This document shows positions 48,075-58,319 of a stretch of 64,000 nt of DNA, one piece after another; position 1 is the first letter of the stretch; each line of letters begins with the position of its first letter. The DNA is from Blastocatellia bacterium (lineage in GTDB: Bacteria; Acidobacteriota; Blastocatellia; UBA7656). Where the stretch lies: assembly GCA_963765495.1 (NCBI GenBank), contig CAVXWP010000017.1, forward strand, positions 1-64,000. The letters are read 5' to 3'. The notes under the pieces were generated by a model. It worked only from the letters and a program-made list of their open reading frames with translations, did not search any database and was not told the DNA's origin. Position numbers and translations under genes: made by a program.

Positions 48075-49130
48075 TCAAATTTCAAATCTGAGGGGGACGT
48101 GCGGATCGCAGACCCGCGAGGCGTGTTCGAGGTGCGATGTAGTGTGCGCTTTTATGGTCTCAAGATATCGCCAGCGTATGCCGTGAGTCCGGCGGAAGAG
48201 CCGGATTTTCAAATGCGCTATTTCGCTGTTTATGCAATAGAGCGGTTCCCCGTCCGGGTCTCGATACTCTACCTGCAACATATCGCGCAATCTGCACTGG
48301 GCCGTCCCCTCTATGCGGACGTGGCTGTTTGCGGCTTCAAACGACCAGTAACCTATGCCCAGATTACGCTGCCACTGGTCGCCGAGCCGCAACCGCGTAA
48401 AACGATGCTCCTCGCCTCTGTGTCGCAGGTAGAGGCATTGAACCGTCGGGAGCAAACGACCAAACCGCTTCTGCCGAACCGCTACGGCTTCAAAGACCGT
48501 GTTCGCCTGCTTCTCGAACGCGTTTGAATGGACCCACACCCATTCGTCTACCTGTTTGCGACCCCAGATATGAGCCTGACACCCGGGTTCGTCATCCAGA
48601 GTGATCTGTCGGCCATCAACTTCGATAAGACCGCGAAATCGCGTGTCGAGATTGGGCAAGCAGACATAAGCGCGAGGCCGGGCTATCAGCTTCAGCGCCG
48701 ACGGCGAATGATGAAAAGTCTTTTCATTCGGGGTGAAATTCAGGTTCCAGGAGATGCGGTGGTCATCGCTTGTGACCGCCCCTGTTGCGCGCGCAGGCGA
48801 TAACAGTCCTTCGCTCAGGTTCAATTTAAAATCCTCGCGCCCCGCGAAGCGGAAGCTGTCAATAGCGTGTTCCTGCCGGATGACGAAGTTTCGCTCCGGT
48901 CTCCGCCGATCAAAGATAGCGCCCCAGAGCGCGGCTCGCGGTTCGGCGTTTTCCAGACTGTTTGAAGGCGACACAAGAGTATATCGAAACCAGAAACCGA
49001 GTTGCGAGGCCCGATGGTTGAGCGTCAAAAACCACACCTCGAAATGATTCGCGCGCTGGCCATCCCACCGGCAAAGGTTCCCGGCGAAATTCGCAGTCAC
49101 ATCCGAAATGGGTTTGAAACTCACCGCCAT
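48075..49130 (-). CDS. Tocopherol-cyclase/AttH-like protein
   Basis: FEVWF, GFWFRYT, QAHIWG, YRDPDG...CINSE. Confidence 0.6.
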   Translation of the reverse strand: MAVSFKPISDVTANFAGNLCRWDGQRANHFEVWFLTLNHRASQLGFWFRYTLVSPSNSLENAEPRAALWGAIFDRRRPERNFVIRQEHAIDSFRFAGREDFKLNLSEGLLSPARATGAVTSDDHRISWNLNFTPNEKTFHHSPSALKLIARPRAYVCLPNLDTRFRGLIEVDGRQITLDDEPGCQAHIWGRKQVDEWVWVHSNAFEKQANTVFEAVAVRQKRFGRLLPTVQCLYLRHRGEEHRFTRLRLGDQWQRNLGIGYWSFEAANSHVRIEGTAQCRLRDMLQVEYRDPDGEPLYCINSEIAHLKIRLFRRTHGIRWRYLETIKAHTTSHLEHASRVCDPHVPLRFEI

Positions 49131-49431
49131 CGGCTAATCGCTCCTGGGGCTTGTAAAGTAACAGGGGAAGTCGAATTCGCACCGTAAATCCCGGCCCGGC
49201 GCGGATCGTTGAAATGTGCCGGGCGTGTTGCAGATTGTCCTTATCCCGGCACCCGCCTTGATCGCCGGTTACAAACTTACAATATTCGAGGGCTTCCGGC
49301 AACTCCAACACTCGATCTGCGCATCTGTAGGTCTCGGGTTTGCTCGAAATCAGCATTGACTCGCGCCCCGGTGTACGTGAATAATTAGCCTTTGTTTTTG
49401 CCGCCCGGAAGGGCGCAGATAATGGGCGTTT

Positions 49432-49998
49432 ATGAGCACAACTCTCGAGACCGAAGTAAAGCTTGCCTGCGATGATCTGGACCGTATTCGCAAGGCGGGG
49501 TTCGAGTTGACGTTGAGCGAGCCGCGCCATTTCGAAGATAACTGGCTACTTGATACAGCGGATCACAGGCTGTTGGAAGAAGGGGCCGCCCTGAGAGTGC
49601 GAAGGGTTGACGGACGCGGGCTTGTCACATTCAAAGGGATGGTTCGCTCGAGCGCCACTTCACCGATAAAAGTCAGGGAAGAGATCGAAAGCGAGACGAG
49701 CGAGCCGGAGCGGATGATAGAGCTATTCGAGCGGTTGGGATTTCACCGCGCATTTCGCTATCAGAAATATCGTACGACCTACAGTCTTACGGTCGAAGGC
49801 CACGAGCTTGAAGTTACATTCGACGAGACGCCAATGGGCCGGTTTATCGAGATAGAAGGGGATGAATCAATGGTCCTGCGCGTGATCGAAAGAGCCGGGT
49901 TTTCCATCGAAGAGAGTATTCGCGAAAGCTACCCGGAGCTTCAGGCCAATCGTTGCAGGGAGCGCGGCGTCCCGCTCGAAGATTTGATTTTTGAGTGA
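49432..49998 (+). CDS. CYTH-domain protein (class IV adenylate cyclase-like)
   Basis: ETEVK, LRVR, REEIE, YQKYR, FIEIEG. Confidence 0.9.
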   Translation: MSTTLETEVKLACDDLDRIRKAGFELTLSEPRHFEDNWLLDTADHRLLEEGAALRVRRVDGRGLVTFKGMVRSSATSPIKVREEIESETSEPERMIELFERLGFHRAFRYQKYRTTYSLTVEGHELEVTFDETPMGRFIEIEGDESMVLRVIERAGFSIEESIRESYPELQANRCRERGVPLEDLIFE

Positions 49999-50119
49999 TG
50001 CGCGATTCGTGATGCGTTCAAGTGATGCGTGATGCGTGACTAAGAGGTCAGCAAGAGTATTGTGAGCGCCGAGCACTTGATAGTCACGAATCACGAATTA
50101 CGAATCACGAATCACGAAT
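49994..50119. repeat. MITE-like heptamer-ended element
   Basis: Fills the whole gap between the CYTH stop and the next ATG. Confidence 0.8.
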
Positions 50120-51121
50120 ATGAAAGCAGTCATTCTAGCAGCAGGGTTCGGAACAAGGTTATGGCCGCTCACAGAGGATCGCACCAAACCGGCTATCCCT
50201 TTCCTCAATCGCCCGCTTATAACCTATTCGGTTGACTATCTGGTTTCGCACGGCATACGCGATTTGATCGTCAATCTTCATCATCAACCCGATTCCATCC
50301 GAAACGCGCTGGGAACCGGCTCTGACCTCGGAGCCAGCATCCGCTATTCGCACGAAACGGAGATTCTCGGAACATCGGGCGCGCTCGACCGCGTACGCGA
50401 CCAGTTGACGGATGAAGATTTCGTAGTCATCAACGGAAAGATCGTCACCGATATAGACCTGAGCGCCGCAATCGTGCGGCATCGCAAGAGCCGCGCGCTC
50501 GCCACGCTCGTGCTGAGAGAGAACCCTGCGCGTGACCATTTCAGTATAGTCGAAGTGGATGAACGCGGATGGATAAAGCGATTCGCAGGCTTTCCTGAGC
50601 CTCTTGCCTCTGAGGCTTCGACATCCGAGATGGGCGCAAGTATAGCTTCGGGGAACGGATGCCCGCCCTTTATGTTTACCGGGATTCAGGTGCTCTCGCC
50701 TCGCATATTCGAATACATCCCTCGCGACCGCTTTTCGCACTCGACGGTCGATGTTTACCCTCGCGCGATGGAAGAGGGCGAGGCCGTCATCGCACACGTA
50801 GCCCCGGGGAAGTGGTACGAGATGAGCACGCTTTCGCGCTATCTGGAAGCAAGCCTTCTTTTCATGTCCAAGCAAAGGCAATCGGTGATTTCGGGCGAAG
50901 GATGTGTGATCGAAGACGCGACTACGGTGCAGGATTCTATTTTGTGGCGGGGCGTAAAAGTCGAACGGGGCGCGCGGGTGCGTCAGGCGATACTCGGCGA
51001 CAACGTGCGAATACCGGCCGGTATGGAGATCGAACGCGCGACCGTGGTGCGGCACGATGTGGTGAAAGTGATCGAGCGCGGCCAGATAGTAGGAGAAAAT
51101 CTTATAGTCCCCTGTGATTGA
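50120..51121 (+). CDS. NDP-sugar pyrophosphorylase (MurU-like nucleotidyltransferase)
   Basis: ILAAGFGTRLWPLT..KP; overlaps the downstream phosphotransferase gene. Confidence 0.85.
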   Translation: MKAVILAAGFGTRLWPLTEDRTKPAIPFLNRPLITYSVDYLVSHGIRDLIVNLHHQPDSIRNALGTGSDLGASIRYSHETEILGTSGALDRVRDQLTDEDFVVINGKIVTDIDLSAAIVRHRKSRALATLVLRENPARDHFSIVEVDERGWIKRFAGFPEPLASEASTSEMGASIASGNGCPPFMFTGIQVLSPRIFEYIPRDRFSHSTVDVYPRAMEEGEAVIAHVAPGKWYEMSTLSRYLEASLLFMSKQRQSVISGEGCVIEDATTVQDSILWRGVKVERGARVRQAILGDNVRIPAGMEIERATVVRHDVVKVIERGQIVGENLIVPCD

Positions 51122-52226
51122 TATGGCATCAACTGTAAAGACCGATATTTCGGCTCATGTCATCGAGCTTTCCGCGAGCATTCTAAAGGCGAGTGCGGGT
51201 GAAGTGACCCTTGCGAGGCTCACGGGAGACGCCTCGACTCGCTCTTATTTTCGCTTGCAGGCGGATGGCCGAAGCCTTGTCGCCGCGCTTTACGATAAGC
51301 CGTTCGATGAAACCGAAAGCGCCACAAGCAGGCTCTCGCGATTCGAGGCCGAGAACCCTGCGGCCCGGCTCTCATTTGCAAACGACCCCTGCGCTTATAT
51401 CGAAGTGACAAAGCTGCTGATCGGTTCAGGGCTTCCGATTCCACCAACTCTGGCCACCTCGGGCGGGGATGCCGTTTTGTTGATCGAAGATGTGGGCGAC
51501 ATCAAACTGCAAGACTGGCTTGTTGATAAATCAGACATCGAGATAAAAGACGCATACGCCTGCGCCATAGAATTGATAGTCAGGATTCAGGAATCAACCG
51601 AACGGGTGGGAACAGACTCCATATGCTCGCGTCTGGCATTTGACGAGATGAAACTCAAATGGGAGCTTGGTTTCTTCTTTGCAAATTACTTCAATCGTTT
51701 TCTCGGATTGAAGCTCGACGCTCGGACGGCAAACGGCGTGCAGGAAGATTTCAAAGCCATCTGCTCGGAGCTTGCCGCCCGCCCGCGAGTGCTCACTCAC
51801 AGAGATTATCACGCCCGCAACCTGATGATGCACGAAGACCGGATGTTTATCATAGATCATCAGGACGCGCGAATGGGGCCAACCAGCTATGATCTGGCCT
51901 CGCTCGTTTACGACCCGTACACAGAGCTTGACCCCTTGATTGCCCGCGAAATAATCGAGCGATTCATAGAGATGAAATCGGCTTCAAGCGTGCCAATCGG
52001 TGACGAGGATCAGTTCCGCCACGAGCTCGAGCTTATGACCGTACAGCGGATGCTCAAGGCCGTAGGCACATATTCATATCAGGCGGCGGTGGCCGGGAAC
52101 ATAAGCTATTTGCCGTACATCGAGCCGGCCATAAATCGCGCGCTAAAGGCGATGAGCGCACTTGGCAGATTCCAAAACACCCGTGCGCTGCTTGAAAAAA
52201 GCGGGCCGCACGCATCCGGGATTTGA
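51114..52226 (+). CDS. Aminoglycoside-phosphotransferase-fold kinase (AmgK-like)
   Basis: GDASTRSYFR, HRDYHARNLM, IDHQDARMGP..YDLASL, QRMLKAVG. Confidence 0.85.
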   Translation: MIDMASTVKTDISAHVIELSASILKASAGEVTLARLTGDASTRSYFRLQADGRSLVAALYDKPFDETESATSRLSRFEAENPAARLSFANDPCAYIEVTKLLIGSGLPIPPTLATSGGDAVLLIEDVGDIKLQDWLVDKSDIEIKDAYACAIELIVRIQESTERVGTDSICSRLAFDEMKLKWELGFFFANYFNRFLGLKLDARTANGVQEDFKAICSELAARPRVLTHRDYHARNLMMHEDRMFIIDHQDARMGPTSYDLASLVYDPYTELDPLIAREIIERFIEMKSASSVPIGDEDQFRHELELMTVQRMLKAVGTYSYQAAVAGNISYLPYIEPAINRALKAMSALGRFQNTRALLEKSGPHASGI

Positions 52227-52272
52227 GATTTGAAAGTTGAAACTTGAAATCTCAAACCCCGGATTATTATGA

Positions 52273-52791
52273 CTATTTGATCTTCTTCAGCTCGGCCAGC
52301 AACACATCGTCGAGCGGTCTCACCTTGTAATCGTCGGCCACATAACTCCATCGAACAACGCCTTTTCTGTCGAGGATAAAGACCGAGGCTCGCGATATTT
52401 TGCCCCCGGAATCGAGTATGTCGTATCGGTCTATAGTCTTATGACCAATGTCTGAGAGAACCGGGAAAGGAAGCTTGAGTTTTTCTATAAGCTCGCGGCT
52501 CTTTTCGGGAGGGTCTACACTGATGGCGATTACTTCTGCGCCTGCGGATTTGTACTTATCGTAATTAGTGGCCAGACTGGCCAGTTGTGTACGGCAAAAC
52601 GGTCACCAGTAGCCCCGATAAAAGACGAGCACAAGTTTTGATTTGCCTGCGTAATCGGAGAGCGAAACCGTGTTTCCACCCGCCGATGGCAGACTGAATT
52701 GGGGCGCGCTATCGCCCACCTTCGGGACAGAACCTGCTGCTGCCAGCGAAAGAAATCCCATAACCAGAAACAATCCCTTCATTCGCGCCAT
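52273..52791 (-). CDS. Peroxiredoxin/AhpC-TSA-family selenoprotein (UxxC) with in-frame TGA at 52603-52605
   Basis: VGDSAPQFSL...LVFYRGYW-TGA-PFC...VIAISVD...FPVLSD...FILDRKGVVRW continues in frame to TAG 52273; hairpin 52569-52583 just 3' of the TGA. Confidence 0.85.
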
Positions 52792-52896
52792 TATCTCCTC
52801 CTTCGTTTTGATTAATCATCAGAGAAGAAAACTCTCCTCTAAAGGGTAAATCTAAAATAGGGGCGGGAATATTCCCAAAAGGGTGAGGATGGACAA

Positions 52897-53003
52897 GTGA
52901 TAAGTGATGCGTGAAGAGTGATGCGTAACACCAGTAAGTAATGATCTTACAAACAGCCATCCAGCCGATAATCACTCTTCACGTGTCACGCATCACTCTT
53001 CAC
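52897..53003. repeat. Heptamer-ended intergenic element
   Basis: GTGATGC/GTGAAGA repeats and their inverted copies. Confidence 0.7.
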
Positions 53004-53004
53004 T

Positions 53005-54141
53005 CTATTGCCTTTTATCAATCGAAACATATTCAAGGCCGCGTGGGCCTACATATTCGGCGCGCGGGCGAATGAGCCGATTATTTGCATACTGTTCGAG
53101 CACGTGAGCGGTCCACCCTGATATACGGCTACAGGCGAATATCGGCGTGAACAGATCGGTAGGGATGCCAAGCGCATAGTAAGTCGAGGCCGAATAGAAA
53201 TCCACATTCGGGTTGAGGCGTTTCTCGCGCATGATCACCTCTTCCATCTTCCGCGACATCTCGTACCATTTCTTCTCTCCGGTGCGCTCGCCGAGTTGGC
53301 GAGACATCTCGCGCAGATGCGTGGCGCGCGGGTCTTCCGTACGATAAACCCTGTGGCCGAATCCCATGATTTTCTCTTTCCTTGCGAGCGCGTCTTGCAC
53401 CCAGGTTTCGACCCCTTCGACGCTGCCTATTTCGAGCAGGTTTTTGATCACCCCTTCGTTTGCTCCGCCGTGAAGCGGTCCCTTCAGCGTGCCTATGGCC
53501 GAAACTATCGCCGAATACATATCCGAAAGAGTCGCGGCGGTGATGCGGGCGGCAAAGGTGCTCGCATTCAACTCGTGATCGGCGTGCAGGATAAAGGCCA
53601 GGTCCATTGTCCGCGTAGCGATTTCGTCGGGCTCCTCTCCCTTGAGGGTGTAGAGAAAATTGCCCGCGATAGAGAGGTCTTCTCGCGGTTGGACGGGTTC
53701 GAGTCCGTTACGAACCCGCTCGAAAGTGGTAACAATAGTCGGGAATTTGGCCGTGAGTCTTATGGCCCTGCGCACGTTTGCTTCGCGTGACATATCCGCG
53801 CCGTCCGCGTCATAAAACGACAGCGCCGATACTACTGTGCGCAGCATATCCATAGGGTTCACACCCTCGGGTATAGTCTTCATGAACGCTTGAATATCCT
53901 GCGGGAGCCCGGTTTCTCGCGCAAGTTGTTCTTTCAGGCTATCGAGTTCTTTTTGTGTTGGGAGTTTCTGATTCCAGAGCAAGTAGATGACTTCTTCAAA
54001 GGTGGAATGCTCGGCGAGGTCGTGAATATCGTATCCGCTATAAATCAGCCGGCCTTCCTGGCCGTTAACATCGCTGATGACCGACTGCGCGGCAACGACT
54101 CCTTCGAGGCCAGCCTTTGCAACATTGGCTTCACTCGACAT
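53005..54141 (-). CDS. gltA: Citrate synthase
   Basis: GLEGV, LHADHELNASTF, GPLHGGAN, MGFGHRVY, PNVDFYS. Confidence 0.95.
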   Translation of the reverse strand: MSSEANVAKAGLEGVVAAQSVISDVNGQEGRLIYSGYDIHDLAEHSTFEEVIYLLWNQKLPTQKELDSLKEQLARETGLPQDIQAFMKTIPEGVNPMDMLRTVVSALSFYDADGADMSREANVRRAIRLTAKFPTIVTTFERVRNGLEPVQPREDLSIAGNFLYTLKGEEPDEIATRTMDLAFILHADHELNASTFAARITAATLSDMYSAIVSAIGTLKGPLHGGANEGVIKNLLEIGSVEGVETWVQDALARKEKIMGFGHRVYRTEDPRATHLREMSRQLGERTGEKKWYEMSRKMEEVIMREKRLNPNVDFYSASTYYALGIPTDLFTPIFACSRISGWTAHVLEQYANNRLIRPRAEYVGPRGLEYVSIDKRQ

Positions 54142-54309
54142 CTCTTATTTTTCCTTTCAGTTTATTTCATCGATAGAGACCCTTTGGGGCTAATGCCCGA
54201 TATTCAAGAATAGGCGACTGACGAATGGCTGTCAACGATTCGGACCGAAGCGATGCGGGATTCCTGCCCGAAAATCACGCATCACGCATCACTATTCACT
54301 ATTCACGCA

Positions 54310-55125
54310 TCACGAACCAACCACCTCGACTTCCATGCCTCTGCGGGCCTGGATTATCCGGGCGGCCTGCTGGCGAGCCACCCCCAGTTCCAAAAATCCC
54401 GCGCTGCCGAAATAGGCGAACAACTCATTTTTGTTCGCCTCGGCAAAGTATTCGAGCACCCGTGTGGCTTCGTGACTGCCTATGCGCACGCGGACGCCCG
54501 CGCGCACTTGCTCTTCGGTCAGTTCCGCCTGAGTGATGTTGGTAATCAGGTTTCCGAAGCGATCAATGTGAATGACTGCGCCGCGAATCTGTCTTTCCGA
54601 AACCACGGGCGCGGGAATGTTGAACCTGACGGGGTCGGTTATCTCTTCGCCCATCTGCCGCCAGTCTACCAGCTTCGACACATATCCGGCGCAGGGAGCG
54701 AATATATCACGCCCGTGAAATGTCTTTGAAACCGGCGAGCGAAAGTAATGCTCGGTCTTGAGATGAACTATGCGATTTACGTGCTCGCGCTCATAGATAT
54801 AGCTGAAGACGCCGTTGTCCGGGCCTATGAAATTGTAATTGTCGGTCATAACGAGGATGGGGCGGCGCGAGGAACCTACGCCCGGATCGACTATGACCAG
54901 ATGAAGCGACATTCTGGGGAAATCCTTGTAACAGCACATCAAGGTAAAGGCCGCCGCATAGATGTCGTGCGGCGGGATCAGATGAGTCACATCGACGATC
55001 TCGACGGCCGGGTTGACTGAATACAACGCGCCTTTTATCGCAGGCACGAAGTAATCGGATTCGCCAAAGTCTGTCGTGAGCGTTATTATCGGTCTTTTTT
55101 CAGCCATTTTCATCTCCGGTATCAA
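54310..55125 (-). CDS. SAM hydroxide adenosyltransferase / chlorinase-fluorinase family (DUF62)
   Basis: ITLTTDFG, VDPGVGSSR, GPDNG, TFHGRDIF, IDRFGNLITN. Confidence 0.92.
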   Translation of the reverse strand: MIPEMKMAEKRPIITLTTDFGESDYFVPAIKGALYSVNPAVEIVDVTHLIPPHDIYAAAFTLMCCYKDFPRMSLHLVIVDPGVGSSRRPILVMTDNYNFIGPDNGVFSYIYEREHVNRIVHLKTEHYFRSPVSKTFHGRDIFAPCAGYVSKLVDWRQMGEEITDPVRFNIPAPVVSERQIRGAVIHIDRFGNLITNITQAELTEEQVRAGVRVRIGSHEATRVLEYFAEANKNELFAYFGSAGFLELGVARQQAARIIQARRGMEVEVVGS

Positions 55126-55543
55126 ACAGGGAAGCGAGAATTTTCTTGTCTCGGTCGTAACTTAGTACCTCTTGCGCCTCTGTCACATCGAACCATTCCG
55201 CCCGGTCCACTTCATCGCCTTGAATCTTGAATCTTTTGCGCTTTGACTCCATCAAAAAATAGTAGACCACCTTCGGGCGGCGAGCGCCTTTGCGAGTGCG
55301 GTAAATATAGCTGGTAGATAAAAGCGCGCGCCTGATGCGGCACTCGATGCCTGTCTCTTCCTTCACTTCGCGCACTGCTGCCTGTTCCAGTGATTCACCT
55401 TCATCGACTCCGCCCTTTGGAAACGACCAGTCATCATAGCGCGGGCGATGCACAAGAAGCACGCGCGGTGCGCCCTCCTTTGGAGTGTCTATCACTATGC
55501 CGCCCGCGGCCATTTTAACTTTCTTGCTGACAACCTTTCCCAT
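55100..55543 (-). CDS. NUDIX hydrolase
   Basis: HRPRYDDWSFPKG...AVREVKEETG Nudix box. Confidence 0.92.
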   Translation of the reverse strand: MGKVVSKKVKMAAGGIVIDTPKEGAPRVLLVHRPRYDDWSFPKGGVDEGESLEQAAVREVKEETGIECRIRRALLSTSYIYRTRKGARRPKVVYYFLMESKRKRFKIQGDEVDRAEWFDVTEAQEVLSYDRDKKILASLFDTGDENG

Positions 55544-55630
55544 ACAAGCGAACTTATCACATCGTCTGGATCATTGAAACTGAGAATCAAAATTGACACC
55601 CGTCGAGCCCACGGCTAGGCTCATGAAAGT

Positions 55631-56044
55631 ATGACTGAGCCCAAACCGGAAAACGAAACAACTGCGCCGTGTTCAGACCCGGCGATCAGAGTAGTCCTCA
55701 TGCCCAAGGATACCAACGCGCACGGGACCATATTTGGCGGCGTCATCCTGAGCTATATCGACCTTGCGGCTGCGGTCGAAGTCCGCAAACACACGCTGAA
55801 GAAATTCGTCACCGTCGCCATGCACGAAGTGGTCTTCGTAGCGCCGGTCTTCGTGGGCGATATAGTCAGCTTTTACACCGAGCTTATCAGAATCGGGCAC
55901 ACATCGATCACCGTAAAGGTCACGGTCGAGGCCGATCGCGTGAGCAGCCCCGGCGCGAAAGTGCGCGTCACCGAAGCCGAAGTGGTTTATGTCGCCGTGG
56001 ACGAAAACCGCCGCCCGACTCCCGTTCGAGACTCAGACCTCTGA
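55631..56044 (+). CDS. Acyl-CoA thioesterase (hotdog fold, YciA-like)
   Basis: [19 protein letters not shown]. Confidence 0.92.
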   Translation: MTEPKPENETTAPCSDPAIRVVLMPKDTNAHGTIFGGVILSYIDLAAAVEVRKHTLKKFVTVAMHEVVFVAPVFVGDIVSFYTELIRIGHTSITVKVTVEADRVSSPGAKVRVTEAEVVYVAVDENRRPTPVRDSDL

Positions 56045-56087
56045 GCCCTGTGATTTGAAATCTGAGATTCGGATTCGAGACCTTCAG

Positions 56088-56990
56088 ATGAGAGCATTCT
56101 ACTCAGACCGTTATGTGATCAAACTGCCGGAGCGCCACAGGTTTCCGATCGTCAAATACTCGATGATACGAGAGCGGCTGGTAAAGGAAAACGCGCTCCG
56201 GGCTTCGCTTATCTTCGAGCCCGAGCTTGCCTCGCGTGACGAGATTTTGCTCGTACACACGGAAGATTATTACTACCGCCTCGCAGGGGGACTGCTGAGC
56301 GAGCGAGAGATTCGCCGCCTGGGCCTTCCGTGGTCTGATGATCTTGTCAGGCGGTCCCGGTTTTCCGTAGCGGGTACGCTCGCGGCTGCGCGTGCCGCGC
56401 TCTCAAACGGCATAGCGGTAAACCTCGGAGGCGGAACCCACCACGCCTTCAGCGATCACGGCGAAGGGTTCTGCGTGCTGAACGACATAGCCGTTTCCAT
56501 CCGCGTGCTTCGCGCCGAAGGCATGATTTGCCGGGCGGCGGTCGTCGATTGCGATGTTCATCAGGGCAACGGAACAGCCGCAATATTCGCCGACGACCCG
56601 GAGGTCTTTACACTCTCACTGCACGGAGAAAAGAATTATCCGCTCGTCAAACAACAGAGCACGCTCGATGTAGCACTCGCCGACCAGACGGCAGACGAAG
56701 AATATTTAAACATCTTAGAGACTCACCTCTTCCCTGTACTCGACAGGTTTCGACCCGATATTGTTTTCTATCAGGCCGGCGTAGACCCTTACGAAGGCGA
56801 CCGACTCGGTCGTCTCTCGCTCACGATTGAAGGTCTGAGGCGGCGCGATTTGCTTGTATTCAGAGCGTGCAGCGAGAGGTCGCTCGCCTGCGTGATAACG
56901 CTCGGAGGCGGTTACGGCCACGATGTCGCGGATACGGTCGAAGCCCATTGCAACACTGTGCGCGCCGCCCGCGTAGTATTTGGAGAGTGA
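56088..56990 (+). CDS. Histone deacetylase family protein
   Basis: HRFP, GGTHHA, GFCVLND, DCDVHQGNGT, AGVD, GGGY. Confidence 0.92.
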   Translation: MRAFYSDRYVIKLPERHRFPIVKYSMIRERLVKENALRASLIFEPELASRDEILLVHTEDYYYRLAGGLLSEREIRRLGLPWSDDLVRRSRFSVAGTLAAARAALSNGIAVNLGGGTHHAFSDHGEGFCVLNDIAVSIRVLRAEGMICRAAVVDCDVHQGNGTAAIFADDPEVFTLSLHGEKNYPLVKQQSTLDVALADQTADEEYLNILETHLFPVLDRFRPDIVFYQAGVDPYEGDRLGRLSLTIEGLRRRDLLVFRACSERSLACVITLGGGYGHDVADTVEAHCNTVRAARVVFGE

Positions 56991-57101
56991 GACGTGACGC
57001 GTGATGCGTGATTCGTGATTCGTGACTGTCAGACAGAGGGTTGATTTTAGGCTGATTGCATTTTCATAATCATTACTTCACGAATCACGCATCACGAATC
57101 A
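56989..57101. repeat. MITE-like heptamer-ended element
   Basis: (CGTGAxx)n...(TCACGxA)n. Confidence 0.75.
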
Positions 57102-57130
57102 TTTAAGATAGAAATCAGGAGTAATGACCA

Positions 57131-58108
57131 ATGGTAGGAAAATTAGAGGAATTGAGACGACGGGCGGAAGAAGCGGCGCGCGAGCTAAACGAAAAGTACG
57201 AGATCAAATCGAAAATTGACAGGGGCTCGCGCGCGGCAACCGACGCGCTCAGAAAAGGCGCGGAGGTAGCCACTTCCGGCCTTGACTCGGCTCGCGAAGA
57301 GATTTCCCGCATAGACCGCGAACACAATATCAGCGCGACCGTGACCGAGACAGCCAGGCGGGCGGCCGACAAGGCCGAAGATGTCGCCGAGCGAACCGGC
57401 GCTAAAAAAAAAGCCGGTGAGGTAGTTGAAGACGCAAAGGCTACGGCATCGGATCTGTTTGGCGATGCCCGGCGCTACTACAAAAACGCATCGGGCGCGG
57501 CCCGCTCAAGCGCCTCCGCCGCGCGACTGCCGTCGTCAGTGACGGGCGCTGTTCGCGCTGCCCGCGTGTGGGTTAAAGAAAATCCCGGCAAGGCAGCTAT
57601 AGTTTCGCTATCGCTAGTGGCAGGCACTCGCGCAGGCTCGGCCTTTTCGGCGCTTGACGTGACGCTGCTCGGAGCGGGAGGGGCGGGCAACTGGTTGTTT
57701 CATTCCGCCCTGATTCCTTACGGCCTCAGAAAGCTTTCACAGAAATACGAAACTTATCTCAAAAACCAGGAAGAATTGATAAAGGAAGGCAAGCTGTCGG
57801 AAGCCGACCGCTCACGCGTTAAATTCGAGCGTGATGTTGCGAAATATGTAGGCGCTCCGCTGCTTGGCGCGTTCAGCGTAGCGGCAGGGGCGGGGCTGGT
57901 ATACGAAGCCTTCACCGGCGCGGCAGTCACGGGTGTTCCGATCAGCCTTGTTCTGGGCGGCAATCCACTGCTTTCGAGCATCTGGCTATTCGGCAACGGC
58001 CTGATCTGTTTTCACAACGGCTACAAATTTTTCATGATGGCCGTGGGCGATAAGGAAGAAGTCAGTCGAGTTGTACGCGACATAAAAGGACTGCTTCCTG
58101 AGGGATGA
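57131..58108 (+). CDS. Hypothetical protein with amphipathic helical N-terminus and membrane C-terminus
   Basis: Long ORF with CAGGAG ribosome-binding site; Ala/Glu/Lys/Arg-rich N-terminal half; hydrophobic segments. Confidence 0.75.
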   Translation: MVGKLEELRRRAEEAARELNEKYEIKSKIDRGSRAATDALRKGAEVATSGLDSAREEISRIDREHNISATVTETARRAADKAEDVAERTGAKKKAGEVVEDAKATASDLFGDARRYYKNASGAARSSASAARLPSSVTGAVRAARVWVKENPGKAAIVSLSLVAGTRAGSAFSALDVTLLGAGGAGNWLFHSALIPYGLRKLSQKYETYLKNQEELIKEGKLSEADRSRVKFERDVAKYVGAPLLGAFSVAAGAGLVYEAFTGAAVTGVPISLVLGGNPLLSSIWLFGNGLICFHNGYKFFMMAVGDKEEVSRVVRDIKGLLPEG

Positions 58109-58258
58109 ACGAAGGGATGAGGGATGAGGGATGAGGGATGAAAAAGAGTTTAAGGAAAATTCAGATTAATTGGTTTAGCTATTAACCGAATTGTTCCCTC
58201 ACAGTCCTTTTCATCCCTCATCCCTCATCCCTCATCCTTCCAGAAATCCCTCATCCCT
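58102..58258. repeat. GGGATGA heptamer-ended element
   Basis: (GGGATGA)n ... (TCATCCC)n. Confidence 0.75.
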
Positions 58259-58319
58259 TAAAGCGGGGGCTTTCACACGCACTCATGTGAGATTTGAAAT
58301 CTCACATCTCAAATTTTCT

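Noticed and set aside
49131-49431. ncRNA or ORF 48910-49530 in the divergent intergenic gap
   Set aside because: Some GC hairpins (CCCGGC/GCCGGG) but no recognisable family; the ORF overlaps both neighbours and has no motifs.
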